Below the pieces are notes generated by a model. The model saw only the letters and a program-made list of their open reading frames with translations. It ran no database searches and was not told the DNA's origin. This document shows positions 29,081 through 40,690 of a stretch of DNA of 64,000 nt, piece by piece. The DNA comes from Eimeria praecox (lineage: Eukaryota). The translations under genes and the position numbers were made by a program. The DNA is taken from the NCBI GenBank assembly GCA_963920595.1, contig OY986950.1, positions 62,001 through 126,000 on the forward strand, given 5' to 3'. The first letter of the stretch is position 1, and each line of letters starts with the position of its first letter.

Positions 29081-29766
29081 CTTCGCTATGAGCGATGTTA
29101 CCAGGTCGCAGGGGCATGTGCTAAAGCGGGAAATGCGCTCGTTACAAACATAGTAGAATAAACATGTACTGTCAAGCGAGCGGTGCAGAGAAATCGCTGC
29201 ATCGTCTTCCTTGCCCCGTCCAACTAAAACCGATGCATATTTAGTTGCTTTGTCACGCACATCGCCGATGCAACACAGGAAAAATAGATGTCTACGCCAT
29301 CTATTTTTCCTGTGTTGCATCGGGAGTCTCACATTTGTGGAACCCCCGAATGCCAGTAGCCCAAAAAACAGGTCTCCTGCAGGTTCGTTTGTTGAAACGG
29401 CCACGAACACCTTCCAACAGGGCACCGGATAATGCACTGCGTGGCGACGAGAAGCATTGCAAGGTGTAGGCCTGTCTGACTAATGGTTTAGACAAGGCAG
29501 TGTGCTGCCGCCCTCTTCCAGGAGGTCGCCAACTGCAAAAAACTCATTGGATCGTGCCACTGATTGCTGGCTTGACGAGTGCTCGGCAGGGGCATGCAGG
29601 AACCTCTGCTAAAATGTGCGCTGCCAGCCTACTTTCTGCGACAAAAGGAAACTTTAAAGAGGTCCAGATTCTTCACCGATACACTATGGAACGTGCGTAT
29701 GGAGGGTTATAGGCCTGTTAGGAGGCACAACGTCAACGTCACAGCATAGCCCTGCGGAGTCATTAT
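29081..29766. repeat. Array 2 variable slot, allele X (copy 2), 19 bp longer because of a fold-back insertion
   Basis: Matches 18804-19470 apart from a few substitutions and the inverted duplication at 29265-29323. Confidence 0.9.
29265..29323. repeat. Perfect 26-bp inverted repeat with a 7-nt loop
   Basis: CCGATGCAACACAGGAAAAATAGATG (29265-29290), loop TCTACGC, then CATCTATTTTTCCTGTGTTGCATCGG (29298-29323). The sister copy at ~18985-19027 has only the right arm. Confidence 0.97.
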
Positions 29767-32700
29767 CAGCCTAGGGCGCGATAGCCTAGCCATACAAAGC
29801 CAGGAACCATCCACATCCCAACAAGAAAGTGCGCCCATCATGTGCATGGAAGCACCGATGCCCTGCTACTGTGGCAAATGCTGTGACGCACAGAACCGCA
29901 AGATGCTCAAATGGCACAGGTGCAGGTACAGATGAAGCGTATTTTGGAGACATAGAGGGTGCAAAAACGTGTACAGGCGATCAGAGACGGATGATGTATG
30001 CCAGTGGCAGCGGCATGCTTCATGGCTGCGTTTCAGTAACTAATCGGCCATACGCCACAAGCCAGCATCATGCAAGACACCGACAGGCCCGTCGAGAATA
30101 CGAAGGTTGCTTGTAAGCTAATGGCGAGCACACAACGCACATTTTCCATGGGACAGGCATGTAGAGGCAGAACAAAACAGCAAACCTAAGCACATCTGAA
30201 GCAGTTGCTTTATGCAGCACAAAATGCAGCGGGGAACCATTTTACCGAGCAACAGAGGCGGCGCAGCTCCGGGACGCACCGTCTGCAGATCAGCGAATGT
30301 CTCATGCGCTGAGTGTCACCACTAAAACGATCAACTGAAAAGCTGCATTAGGATGGAGAAGCCTTTTGTGAAGGGGAAACGACGTCTTCTCAAATGCCCC
30401 CTTCGCCTGTCAAGCAACGCGCCTTCAAGCAAGACCAAGCTAGTGGCAGCGGACTTCGTGTCACCTTAAGCATAAACATGCAGCTGCTGCGCCGTCAACA
30501 AGGCGTAGTTAACAATGCTACAAATGCTGCAAAATGCAACATCCTCAAATGGACTGAAATGGGTGCTTTTATCCTGTGCCTGCATGCGACAAATAACGGC
30601 GTTATTCTGAAAGGGCGAAACTACTGGCTGCGTACTGATGCCTTCTCGCATGCAAGTCTTCATGAAGCATTCCTTCGCTCTGATGTGCCTCGCATAGTCT
30701 GTCGCAGATAAAACGACCTGATTAGGCGCATACGATCGGTACTGTGTTCAACGACGCTGCCCTGTCGCCAGCTGCAGGATCGCACGCCGTGCTCCTGCAA
30801 CCATCCAACAATAGGAACGCGCCTTGCTGTGCAGTGAAAGGGCAAAAACTGCTCAGGCATTGCCTATACCAGAACGTATCTCAGCCATGCCAAACAGGCA
30901 AGCCGCACCAACCAATCCTGCGATGCCCAAACGAGTGCATCGTGGTTCAGCCCCTATACAGCTCGGCAGAACCTTTCAAGCGACCTCCCAAGCCAAATTT
31001 GTTTGCAGTGCGCTTGCGCCCTGTGCTATCACACTCAGTGCACCTTGCACTAACTGGTTCAAACAAAAGTTTACACGGTTTGACTTAGACTTCCCAGACA
31101 AGCATTCCACATCCGAATGTCCATCAGATAACGTAGCCTGAATATCGTGTGCTTGGCGGGAACTGCGCACACGTTCCTGTCCGTGCGCATTACTACAAGC
31201 GACAGCTCACTGCCTGCTCCGCAAAAGCATAAGGATCATTTCCAGAAGATTCCCAAGGCAGACAGAATCAGCTGGTCAGCGGGGTGCAAGGCTACTCTGA
31301 GAGACTGGCTAACCTAATGCCCACAACCAGATACTCGGGGCTACGCTGCACAGCAGGGTGGAAAACGACTTGATGAGTTGCGCCCGCAGCACAACCGTAG
31401 TGCTCATTCATCTTTTAAATTGCCAGTGGACAGCAGGTGCCTCCAAACTCTTCAGATATGCTGAACAGCGCGAAATGCCCAATTCACGGTAATTCAGCTG
31501 TCTGCACCATGACTGGGGAGCAGAATGCCTGGATAGCAGAGTGACGCATGCTGGCTGGTGTCCGGGTGTGCTAGCATGGCAAACACTGTGAACTACGTCA
31601 GTGCAGCATGAACCTCTTGACTCTGCACAGAATGCAACGCACCCACTGCACCGATTCGTCTCCACACACGCAGACGAAGAAATGGCAATGCGCCACGACC
31701 GTCCTCGACACGACGACGGCACATGCACGTTCTCCCAATGGACTCATCTCAACACAAGCTCCCCATGCCTGTTGTCCGAGCAAGTGGAAAGCCGAACAGC
31801 CTGCTGGTACACGCCCTCAAAAGCCTCAGACGTCAGCAACTTGCGCCGCAGCTTCACGTAGGCCCCAATGATTCCTAAAGCTTCACAAGCCACTCGCATT
31901 ACAGCTGCTGGACTGTTGGCGAATGAGGTTGTATCGGAATCTCGTCGTATTCGCGCAGGAGCATCCAAAGAAACCATACAAAAAGAGAGGCAAGCCTCCT
32001 GAATCCAAAGGTTTGACACGGCTCCTTGCCGAAGTGGCACCACAGCGGCCAGAGCTACAAAGTGCGTAATTGCGAAAATGTCGGCAGTCTTCTAGGAGGC
32101 ACAGCTAAGCAGATATATGCGCAGGTCGCCAATGCCCTGCCGAAACGCAACCTCATCGCAAGCGCAAGCAGATGGCTCGTACCGCCCCTTAGCAGTCCGC
32201 CTCCCACCCGCCAGGTTCACTTTTCGTTCGGCTCTGAAGGGTCGTCATTGCATACTCAGTAGACAGGGGATCATTCACATTTTCACGTTCTCCTACAGCT
32301 CCTCGTCATCGCATTATCTGTCTGCGTATACAGCACAGAACCTACAAGCTGCCCGCATTGTGATGACATGCTCATTGCCAGTCCATCGAGCCCGTACGCG
32401 GAGGGGCACACCTCAGTTTCTCAATCACCTTCTCCCAGTTTCTCTTACGCAGTGGCCGAGCCGCTATCAAATCACTATGTGACCGCTTTGCAGAGAAAGG
32501 CGGCCGTGCACCTGTTGCGCCAGGTCACCAACGAAGCATGCCGAAGTCCCAGTCAGAGCATCCGGAAGCCGTGCAATGTACAGTCGACTTGCAGTATCTG
32601 GAAGACCACTCGGTGCTGGTAGCAAAAGCGCCATAGGTATCAACCTTTGCACTCCGGGCTTTGTGCAGGGTTATTCTGGCCTTTCAAAGAGCGCTGGGGC

Positions 32701-34074
32701 ATCTGGATGCTCAGAAAAAAGGTTCACAACAAATTCAAGCCCACTAGCCTGAAGGCCAGTCCGTAAGCAAGCTGCAGATGCACGCCGAGGCCAGATAAGA
32801 CTACTCATAGGAAAGCATCATTTTCTATAGCTTGAGTTCGCACATAGTTCAGGCTCCATGCGGATGATTCTCCACAGCAAAAGGGAGCAAAATCATGACT
32901 CCAGTCGCCTTGTCTATGCCACGCTGGAGGGCAAGCTCAACAGTAGGCAAGCTTTCCTCTAAGGGTAACCAACCGGATCAGTGTGCACGTTTCCCTTCCT
33001 GTGGGAACCAACGCGTGCATTTCCACTTTAAGAAAACGTGCGTGCATATGATCCACATTGGACGTTGCGCACTCTCTGACGCTCGTCAAAATACAAACCA
33101 CAATCGCAGCCGTCAGTTCGCGCACTAGCGTGATGCCTGACCCGCCTTCGAACGAGTCACTCACAATTGTTCACACTGCAGAGCCAACATAGCAGTACAC
33201 GTTTTGAAAGCGAGGAGGGGTATACAGCGGTCCTTGCAAAGGGAGACGCTGACGGAAGCTGGGTGCATTTACATGCAGACACCGATACCAATGAACGGTC
33301 TTTGATCCATCGCTCGAGCTGTCTCTATTCTCAGCACTGCTGCGAGGCGCCGTCGGTGTAGCGGGTCCGCCTACTCTTTAAAAGACCAAAATACAAGTAA
33401 AGCTGTAGGCGAATGAAAGCTTTACTGGCCAGACGCACTCCAAGCCAACCTCGCACAGATCCAACATCGGCAACACACAACCAGTCTGAAGCAGCCACAC
33501 AAAAATCCGTTAAAAGCTACCTGGCAAACACCTTGCCTTCCACCAAGCCTGAACAACCTCGGAAGAACTGAAGCAAAGTCGAAAGGGTGCACAAGCAACT
33601 GACGGGCACGCTCCCGCTGTTCAAAAAAAAATTGCAACCAACGGGCCAGTCTGTGAAGCCAACGCCAAGCAAATATCCTAGTTCAGCCACCCACCGATAC
33701 CGAACATCGTGGTCCCTGTCAAACATAAATGCCCTATGGATCAGTCGCCGGGGCACCGGCTCAAATACAGGCATTGAGCTGGTTGTGGCTGCGTCTTGGC
33801 TTCGGAACGAATGCTTATGCAAGCTTACACAATGTCACAGACAGCAGAAGGCCCCATGTCCTTACAATGCGGGCGCACTCTGGCCTCAAGATAGTTGCAT
33901 CCATGCATGTTCTGGGCATTGACCCACTTGCTGATGGGAATGGTAACCGGCACTACAGAACGCTTCGATAAAAAACCGAATCTCTGGACCCATGGGTGCA
34001 AAATGTAACGACGGTGGCGAGCGTAGGCTCCACGTGGGGCAGCCACATTGTTTTCGGAAATGCAAACACAAAGA

Positions 34075-34710
34075 ACTGCATCTGCGCTTTTGCAAGAAGT
34101 GCACAGGTTCCAACCATGGTAAAATTAAATTGCATCTTCATGTTAGAGGTGCAGAGAATTTGCGGTCTATCTATCCTTGCCTCATGCACAGAGAATCGAA
34201 ATATATTAAGTTGCCCTGCCACACACACAACTGCTTAGCGTCGTCCTCCGAATCGCACGCTGGTTTTAGCTCCCATTTGTCAAAACGCAAACAAATGGCA
34301 GTCCAGAGCTAGAGCCCTTGGAGGCCCGTTTGTTGATCCGTCAATTGCCTGCTTTCAGCTGTGCATCGAAGAATTCAGTGCGCGGCCTCGAGACGCACTG
34401 AAAGGTGCAGACGTCTATGGTGGTCACAGCTTTAAAGAAGGCAGTGTGCCGCCGAATCCTTCGCGAAGAACGTGGACTAGCAAACCCACGGGATCCTATC
34501 ACTAATTGATGGCTTGGCATCAGCTAAGAAAGAGTTACTACGCAAGGTCACATCCGCTCCAAGCTTAGGCGCACTGTCTGAACCAACGCAGCAGCTCTTC
34601 ACGCAACGCTGCTAATCCAAAACAAGCTAAGAACGCTCACCTAGCATTTCATATTGTTTGCGATGCTTCCAAAAGGCACAGCTTCACCGCATAGCCTGGA
34701 CGCTCGCCAT
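34075..34710. repeat. Array 2 variable slot, allele Z (copy 2), preceded by a 208-bp deletion
   Basis: GCAAACACAAAGAA runs directly into CTGCATCTGCGC. The offset to unit 1 changes from 10310 to 10102 across the junction. Confidence 0.9.
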
Positions 34711-37700
34711 CAGCCTAGCACGCACCAGCCGTACAAAGCCAGCAACCTTCCGCGTCCCAACAAGCAAATGCGCCCATCATGTGCATGGAAGCACCGATGC
34801 CCTGCTACTGTGACAAATGCTGTGACGCACAGAACCGCAAGATGCTCAAATGGCACAGGTGCAGGTACAGGTGAAGCGTATTTTGGAGACATAGAGGGTG
34901 CAAAAACGTGTACAGGCGATCAGAGACGGATGATGTATGCCAGTGGCAGCGGCATGCTTCATGGCTGCGTTTCAGTAGCTAATCGGCCATACGCCACAAG
35001 TCAGCATCATGCAAGACACCGACAGGCCCGTCGAGAATACGAAGGTCGCTTGTAAGCTAATGGCGAGCACACAACGCACATTTTCCATGGGACAAGCATG
35101 GAGAGGCAGAACGTCTTAGCGCCTCTGAAGCAGTTGCTTTATGCAGCACACAATGCAGCGAGGAACCATTTTATCGAGCAACAGAGACGGCGCAGCTCCG
35201 GGACGCACCGACTGTAGATCAGCGAATGCCGCATGCGTTGAGTGTCACCACTGAAACGACCAACTGAAAAGCTTCATTAGGATGGAGAAGCCTTTCGTGA
35301 AGGGGAAACGACGTCTTTTCAAATGCCCCCTTCGCCTGTCAAGCAACGCGCCTTCAAGCAAGACCAAGCTAGTGGCAGCGGACTTCGTGTCACCTTAAGC
35401 ATAAACATGCAGCTGCTGCGCCGTCAACAAGGCGTAGTTAACAATGCTACAAATGCTGCAAAATGCAACATCCTCAAATGGACTGAAGTGGGTGCTTTTA
35501 TCCTGTGCCTGCATGCGACAAATAACGGCGTTATTCTGAAAGAGCGAAACTACTGGCTGCGTACTGATGCCTTCTCGCATGCAGGTCTTCGTGAAGCATT
35601 CCTTCGCTCTGATGTGCCTCGCATAGTCTATCGCAGATAAAACGACCTGATTAGACGCATACGATCGGTACTGTGTTCAACGACGCTGCCCTGTCGCCAG
35701 CTGCAGGATCGCACGCCGTGCTCCTGCAACCATCCAACAATAGGAACGCGCCTTGCTGTGCAGTGAAAGGGCAAAAACTGCTCAGGCATTGCCTATACCA
35801 GAACGTATCTCAGCCATGCCAAACAGGCAAGCCGCACCAACCAATCCTGCGATGCCCAAACGAGTGCATCGTGGTTCAGCCCCTATACAGCTCGGCAGAA
35901 CCTTTCAAGCGACCTCCCAAGCCAAATTGGTTTGCAGTGCGCTTGCGCCCTGTGCTATCACACTCAGTGCACCTTGCAGTAAATGGTTCAAACAAAAGTT
36001 TACACGGTTTGACTTAGACTTCCCAGACAAGCATTCCACATCCGAATGTCCATCAGATAACGTAGCCTGAATACCGTGTGCTTGGCGGGAGCTGCGCACA
36101 CGTTCCTGTCCATGCACATTGCTCCCAAGCGCAGCTCACTGTCTGCAGCGCAAAGGCGTAGTGATCGTTTCCAGAAGATTCCCAAGGCAGACAGAATCAG
36201 CTGGTCAGCGGGGTGCAAGGCTACTCTGAGGGACTGGCTCACCTAACGCCCACAACCAGATACTCGGGGCTACGCTGCACAGCAGGGTGGAAAAAGACTT
36301 GATGAGCTGCGCCCGCAGCACAACCGTAGTGCTCATTCATCCTTTAAATTGCCAGTGGACAGCAGGTGCCTCCAAACTCTTCAGGTATGCAGAACAGCCC
36401 AAAATGCCCAATTCACGGCAATTCAGCTGTCTGCACCATGACTGGGGAGCAGAATGCCTGGATAGCAGAGTGACGCATGCTGGCTGGTGTCCGGGTGTGC
36501 TAGCATGGCAAACACTGTGCACAACGTCAGTTCAACACGGATCTCGGGATTCTGCACAGAATGCAACGCACCCACTGCACCGATTCGTCTCCACACACGC
36601 AGACGAAGAAATGGCAATGCGCCACGACCGTCCTCGACACGACGACGGCACATGCACGTTCTCCCAATGGACTCATCTCAACACAAGCTCTCCATGCCTG
36701 TTGTCCGAGCAAGTGGAAAGCCGAACAGCCTGCTGGCACACGCCCTCAAAAGCCTCAGACTTCAGCAACTTGCGCTACAGCTTCGCTATTCCTAAAGGTT
36801 CACATGCCACTCGCATTACAGCTGCTGCACCGTTGGTGAATAAGGTTGTATCGGAATCTCGTTGCATTCGCCCAGGAGCATCCAAAGAAACCATACAAAA
36901 AGAGAGGCAAGCCTCCTGAATCCAAAGGTTTGACACGGCTCCTTGCCGAAGTGGCACCACAGCGGCCAGAGCTACAAAGTGCGTAAGCGCGAAAATGTCG
37001 GCAGTCTTCTAGGAGGCACAGCTAAGCAGATATACGCGCAGGTGGCCATTGCCCTGCCGAAACGCAACCTCATCGCAAGCGCAAGCAGGTGGCTCTTACC
37101 GCCCCTTAGCAGTCCGCCTCCCACCCGCCAGGTTCACTTTTCGTTCGGCTCTGAAGGGTCGTCATTGCATACTCAGTAGGCAGGGGATCATTCACATTTT
37201 CACGTTCTCCTACAGCTCCTCGTCATCGCATTATCTATCTGCGTATACAGCACAGAACCTACAACCTGCCCGCATTGTGAAGACATGCTCATTGCCAGTC
37301 CATCAAGCCCGTACGCGGAGGGGCACACCTCAGTTTCTCAATCACCTTCTCCCAGTTTCTCTTACGCAGTGGCCGAGCCGCTATCAAATCACTATGTGAC
37401 CGCTTTGCAGAGAAAGGCGGCCGTGCACCTGTTGCGCCAGGTCACCAACGAAGCATGCCGAAGTCCCAGTCAGAGCATCCGGAAGCCGTGCAATGTACAG
37501 TCGACTTGCAGTATCTGGAAGACCACTCGGTGCTGGTAGCAAAAGCGCCATAGGTATCAACCTTTGCACTCCGGGCTTTGTGCAGGGTTATTCTGGCCTT
37601 TCAAAGAGCGCTGGGGCATCTGGATGCTCAGAAAAAAGGTTCACAACAAATTCAAGCCCACTAGCCTGAAGGCCAGTCCGTAAGCAAGCTGCAGATGCAC

Positions 37701-39163
37701 GCCGAGGCCAGATAAGACTACTCATAGGAAAGCATCATTTTCTATAGCTTGAGTTCGCACATAGTTCAGGCTCCATGCGGATGATTCTCCACAGCAAAAG
37801 GGAGCAAAATCATGACTCCAGTCGCCTTGTCTATGCCACGCTGGAGGGCAAGCTCAACAGTAGGCAAGCTTTCCTCTAAGGGTAACCAACCGGATCAGTG
37901 TGCACGTTTCCCTTCCTGTGGGAACCAACGCGTGCATTTCCACTTTAAGAAAACGTGCGTGCATATGATCCACATTGGACGTTGCGCACTCTCTGACGCT
38001 CGTCAAAATACAAACCACAATCGCAGCCGTCAGTTCGCGCACTAGCGTGATGCCTGACCCGCCTTCGAACGAGTCACTCACAATTGTTCACACTGCAGAG
38101 CCAACATAGCAGTACACGTTTTGAAAGCGAGGAGGGGTATACAGCGGTCCTTGCAAAGGGAGACGCTGACGGAAGCTGGGTGCATTTACATGCAGACACC
38201 GATACCAATGAACGGTCTTTGATCCATCGCTCGAGCTGTCTCTATTCTCAGCACTGCTGCGAGGCGCCGTCGGTGTAGCGGGTCCGCCTACTCTTTAAAA
38301 GACCAAAGTACAAGTAAAGCTGTAGGCGAATGAAAGCTTTACTGGCCAGACGCACTCCAAGCCAACCTCGCACAGATCCAACATCGGCAACACACAACCA
38401 GTCTGAAGCAGCCACACAAAAATCCGTTAAAAGCTACCTGGCAAACACCTTGCCTTCCACCAAGCCTGAACAACCTCGGACGAACTGAAGCAAAGTCGAA
38501 ACGGTGCACAAGCAACTGACGGGCACGCTCCCGCTGTTCAAAAAAAAATGCAAAGGCAACGGGACAGTCCGTGAAGCCAACGCCAAGCAAATATCCTAGT
38601 TCAGCCACCCACCGATACCGAGCATCGTGGTCCCTGTCAAACATAAATGCCCTATGGATCGGTCGCCGGGGCACCAGCTCAAATACAGGCATTGAGCTGG
38701 TTGTGGCTGCGTCTTGGCTTCGGAACGAATGCTTGTGCAAGCTTACACAATGTCACAGACAGCAGAAGGCCCCATGTCCTTACAATGCGCGCCCACTCTG
38801 GCCTCAAGATAGTTGCATCCATGCATGTTCCGGGCATTGACCCACTAGCTGATGGGAATGCTAACCGGCACTACAGAGCGCCTCGATGAAAAACCGAATC
38901 TCTGGACCCATGGGTGCAAAATGTAACGACGGTGGCGAGCGTAGGCTCCACGTGGGGCAGCCACATTGTTTTCGGAAATGCAAACACAAAGAAGCGTCCA
39001 TCACTGTAGCACCACAAAATACTGAGTGGCTCACTCCTCCATATATGGTCTATTCTTAGAATAGGGCGTGAACATCCGGCATTAGCCACTAGTAGGGACT
39101 GGACTACAGTCGCGAAAAACTACTTGGGTAATGCCTGTGCCTCTGCTTTCCATCCAGTTGCTG

Positions 39164-39810
39164 AGTCTCTGCGCGGGTTAGCTTGACACATGGGCACGAT
39201 ACTGCATCTGCGCTTTTGCAAGAAGTGCACTGGTTCCAACCATGCTAAAATTAAATTGCACCTTCATGTTAGAGGTGCAGAGAATTTGCGGTCTATCCAT
39301 CCTTGCCTCATGCACAGAGAATCGAAATATATTAAGTTGCCCTACCACACACACAACTGCTTAGCGTCGTCTTCCTCCTCGCACGCTGGTTTTAGCTCCC
39401 ATTTGTCAAAACGCAAACAAATGGCAGTCCAGAGCTAGAGCCCTTGGAGGCCCGTTTGTTGATCCGTCAATTGCCTGCTTTCAGCTGTGCATCGAAGAAT
39501 TCAGTGCGCGGCCTCGAGACGCACTGAAAGGTGCAGACGTCTATGGTGGTCACAGTTTTAAAGAAGGCAGTGTGCCGCCGAATCCTTCGCGAAGAACGTG
39601 GACTAGCAAACCAATTGGATCCTATCACTAATTGATGGCTTGGCATCAGCTAAGAAAGAGTTACTACGCAAGGTCGCATCCGCTGCAAGCTTCCGGCGCA
39701 CTGTCTGAACCAACACAGCGGCTCCTCAAGCAACGCTGCTGGTCCTTAATTTGCCAAGCACGCTCACCTAGCGTCTGAGAATGTTTCTCATCCTTCCTAA
39801 GGGCGCCTGT
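39164..39810. repeat. Array 2 variable slot, allele Z (copy 3)
   Basis: Matches 23936-~24575, then jumps into the middle of the core unit. Confidence 0.85.
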
Positions 39811-40690
39811 AAAGACTGTGCATTACGTCAGGGCATCATGAACCTATGCGCTCTGGACAGAATGCAACGCACCCACTGCACCGATTCGTCTCCACACACG
39901 CAGACGAAGAAATGGCAATGCGCCACGACCGTCCTCGACACGACGACGGCACATGCACGTTCTCCCAATGGACTCATCTCAACACAAGCTCTCCATGCCT
40001 GTTGTCCGAGCAAGTGGAAAGCCGAACACCCTGCTGGCACACGCCCTCAAAAGCCTCAGACTTCAGCAACTTGCGCTACAGCTTCGCTATTCCTAAAGGT
40101 TCACATGCCACTCGCATTACAGCTGCTGCACCGTTGGTGAATAAGGTTGTATCGGAATCTCGTTGCATTCGCCCAGGAGCATCCAAAGAAACCATACAAA
40201 AAGAGAGGCAAGCCTCCTGAATCCAAAGGTTTGACACAGTTCCTTGCCGAAGTGGCACCACAGCGGCCAGAGCTACAAAGTGCGTAAGTGCGAAAATGTC
40301 GGCAGTCTTCTAGGAGGCACAGCTAAGCAGATATACGCGCAGGCGGCCATTGCCCTGCCGAAACGCAACCTCATCGCAAGCGCAAGCAGGTGGCTCTTAC
40401 CTCCCCTTAGCACTCCGCCTCCCACCCGCCAGGTTCACTTTTCGTTCGGCTCTGAAGGGATGCCATTGCAAACTCAGTAGGCAGGGGATCATTCACATTT
40501 TCACGTTCTCCTACAGCTCCTCGTCATCTCATTATCTGCCTGCGTATACAGCACAAAACCTACAGCCTGCGGGCATTGTGGTGACACGTTCGTTGCCAGT
40601 CCATCGAGCCCGTACGCGGAGGGGCACACCTGAGCTTCTGAATGGACTTCAGCCAGTTTGGCTTACGCGACGCCCCGGCCCCTATTTAAT
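39811..40690. repeat. Truncated terminal unit of array 2
   Basis: Aligns with ~21281-22150. About 1.8 kb of the start of the core unit is missing and the 3' end decays into unique sequence. Confidence 0.9.

Larger units (their letters stand above)
18470..40690. repeat. Array 2: ~4.9-5.2-kb tandem macrosatellite, four full units plus a truncated fifth and an eroded left edge
   Basis: The anchor ATGACTCCAGTCGCC lies at 22583, 27729, 32895 and 37812 (spacings 5146, 5166, 4917). A second anchor lies at 19528, 24662, 29829 and 34768. Region 18470-18780 is a diverged copy of ~23590-23910 (GGGCAGTGACACACTCGCTG vs GGGCATTGACCCACTAGCTG; shared AACGACGGTG and CCACATTG). Similarity fades at ~40630-40690. 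Confidence 0.97.

Noticed and set aside
36287..36919. Longest ORF in the window (210 aa)
   Set aside because: It is split by stops in the equivalent regions of units 1-3 and truncated in unit 5, and shows no recognisable motif. A spliced gene cannot be formally excluded without RNA-seq.
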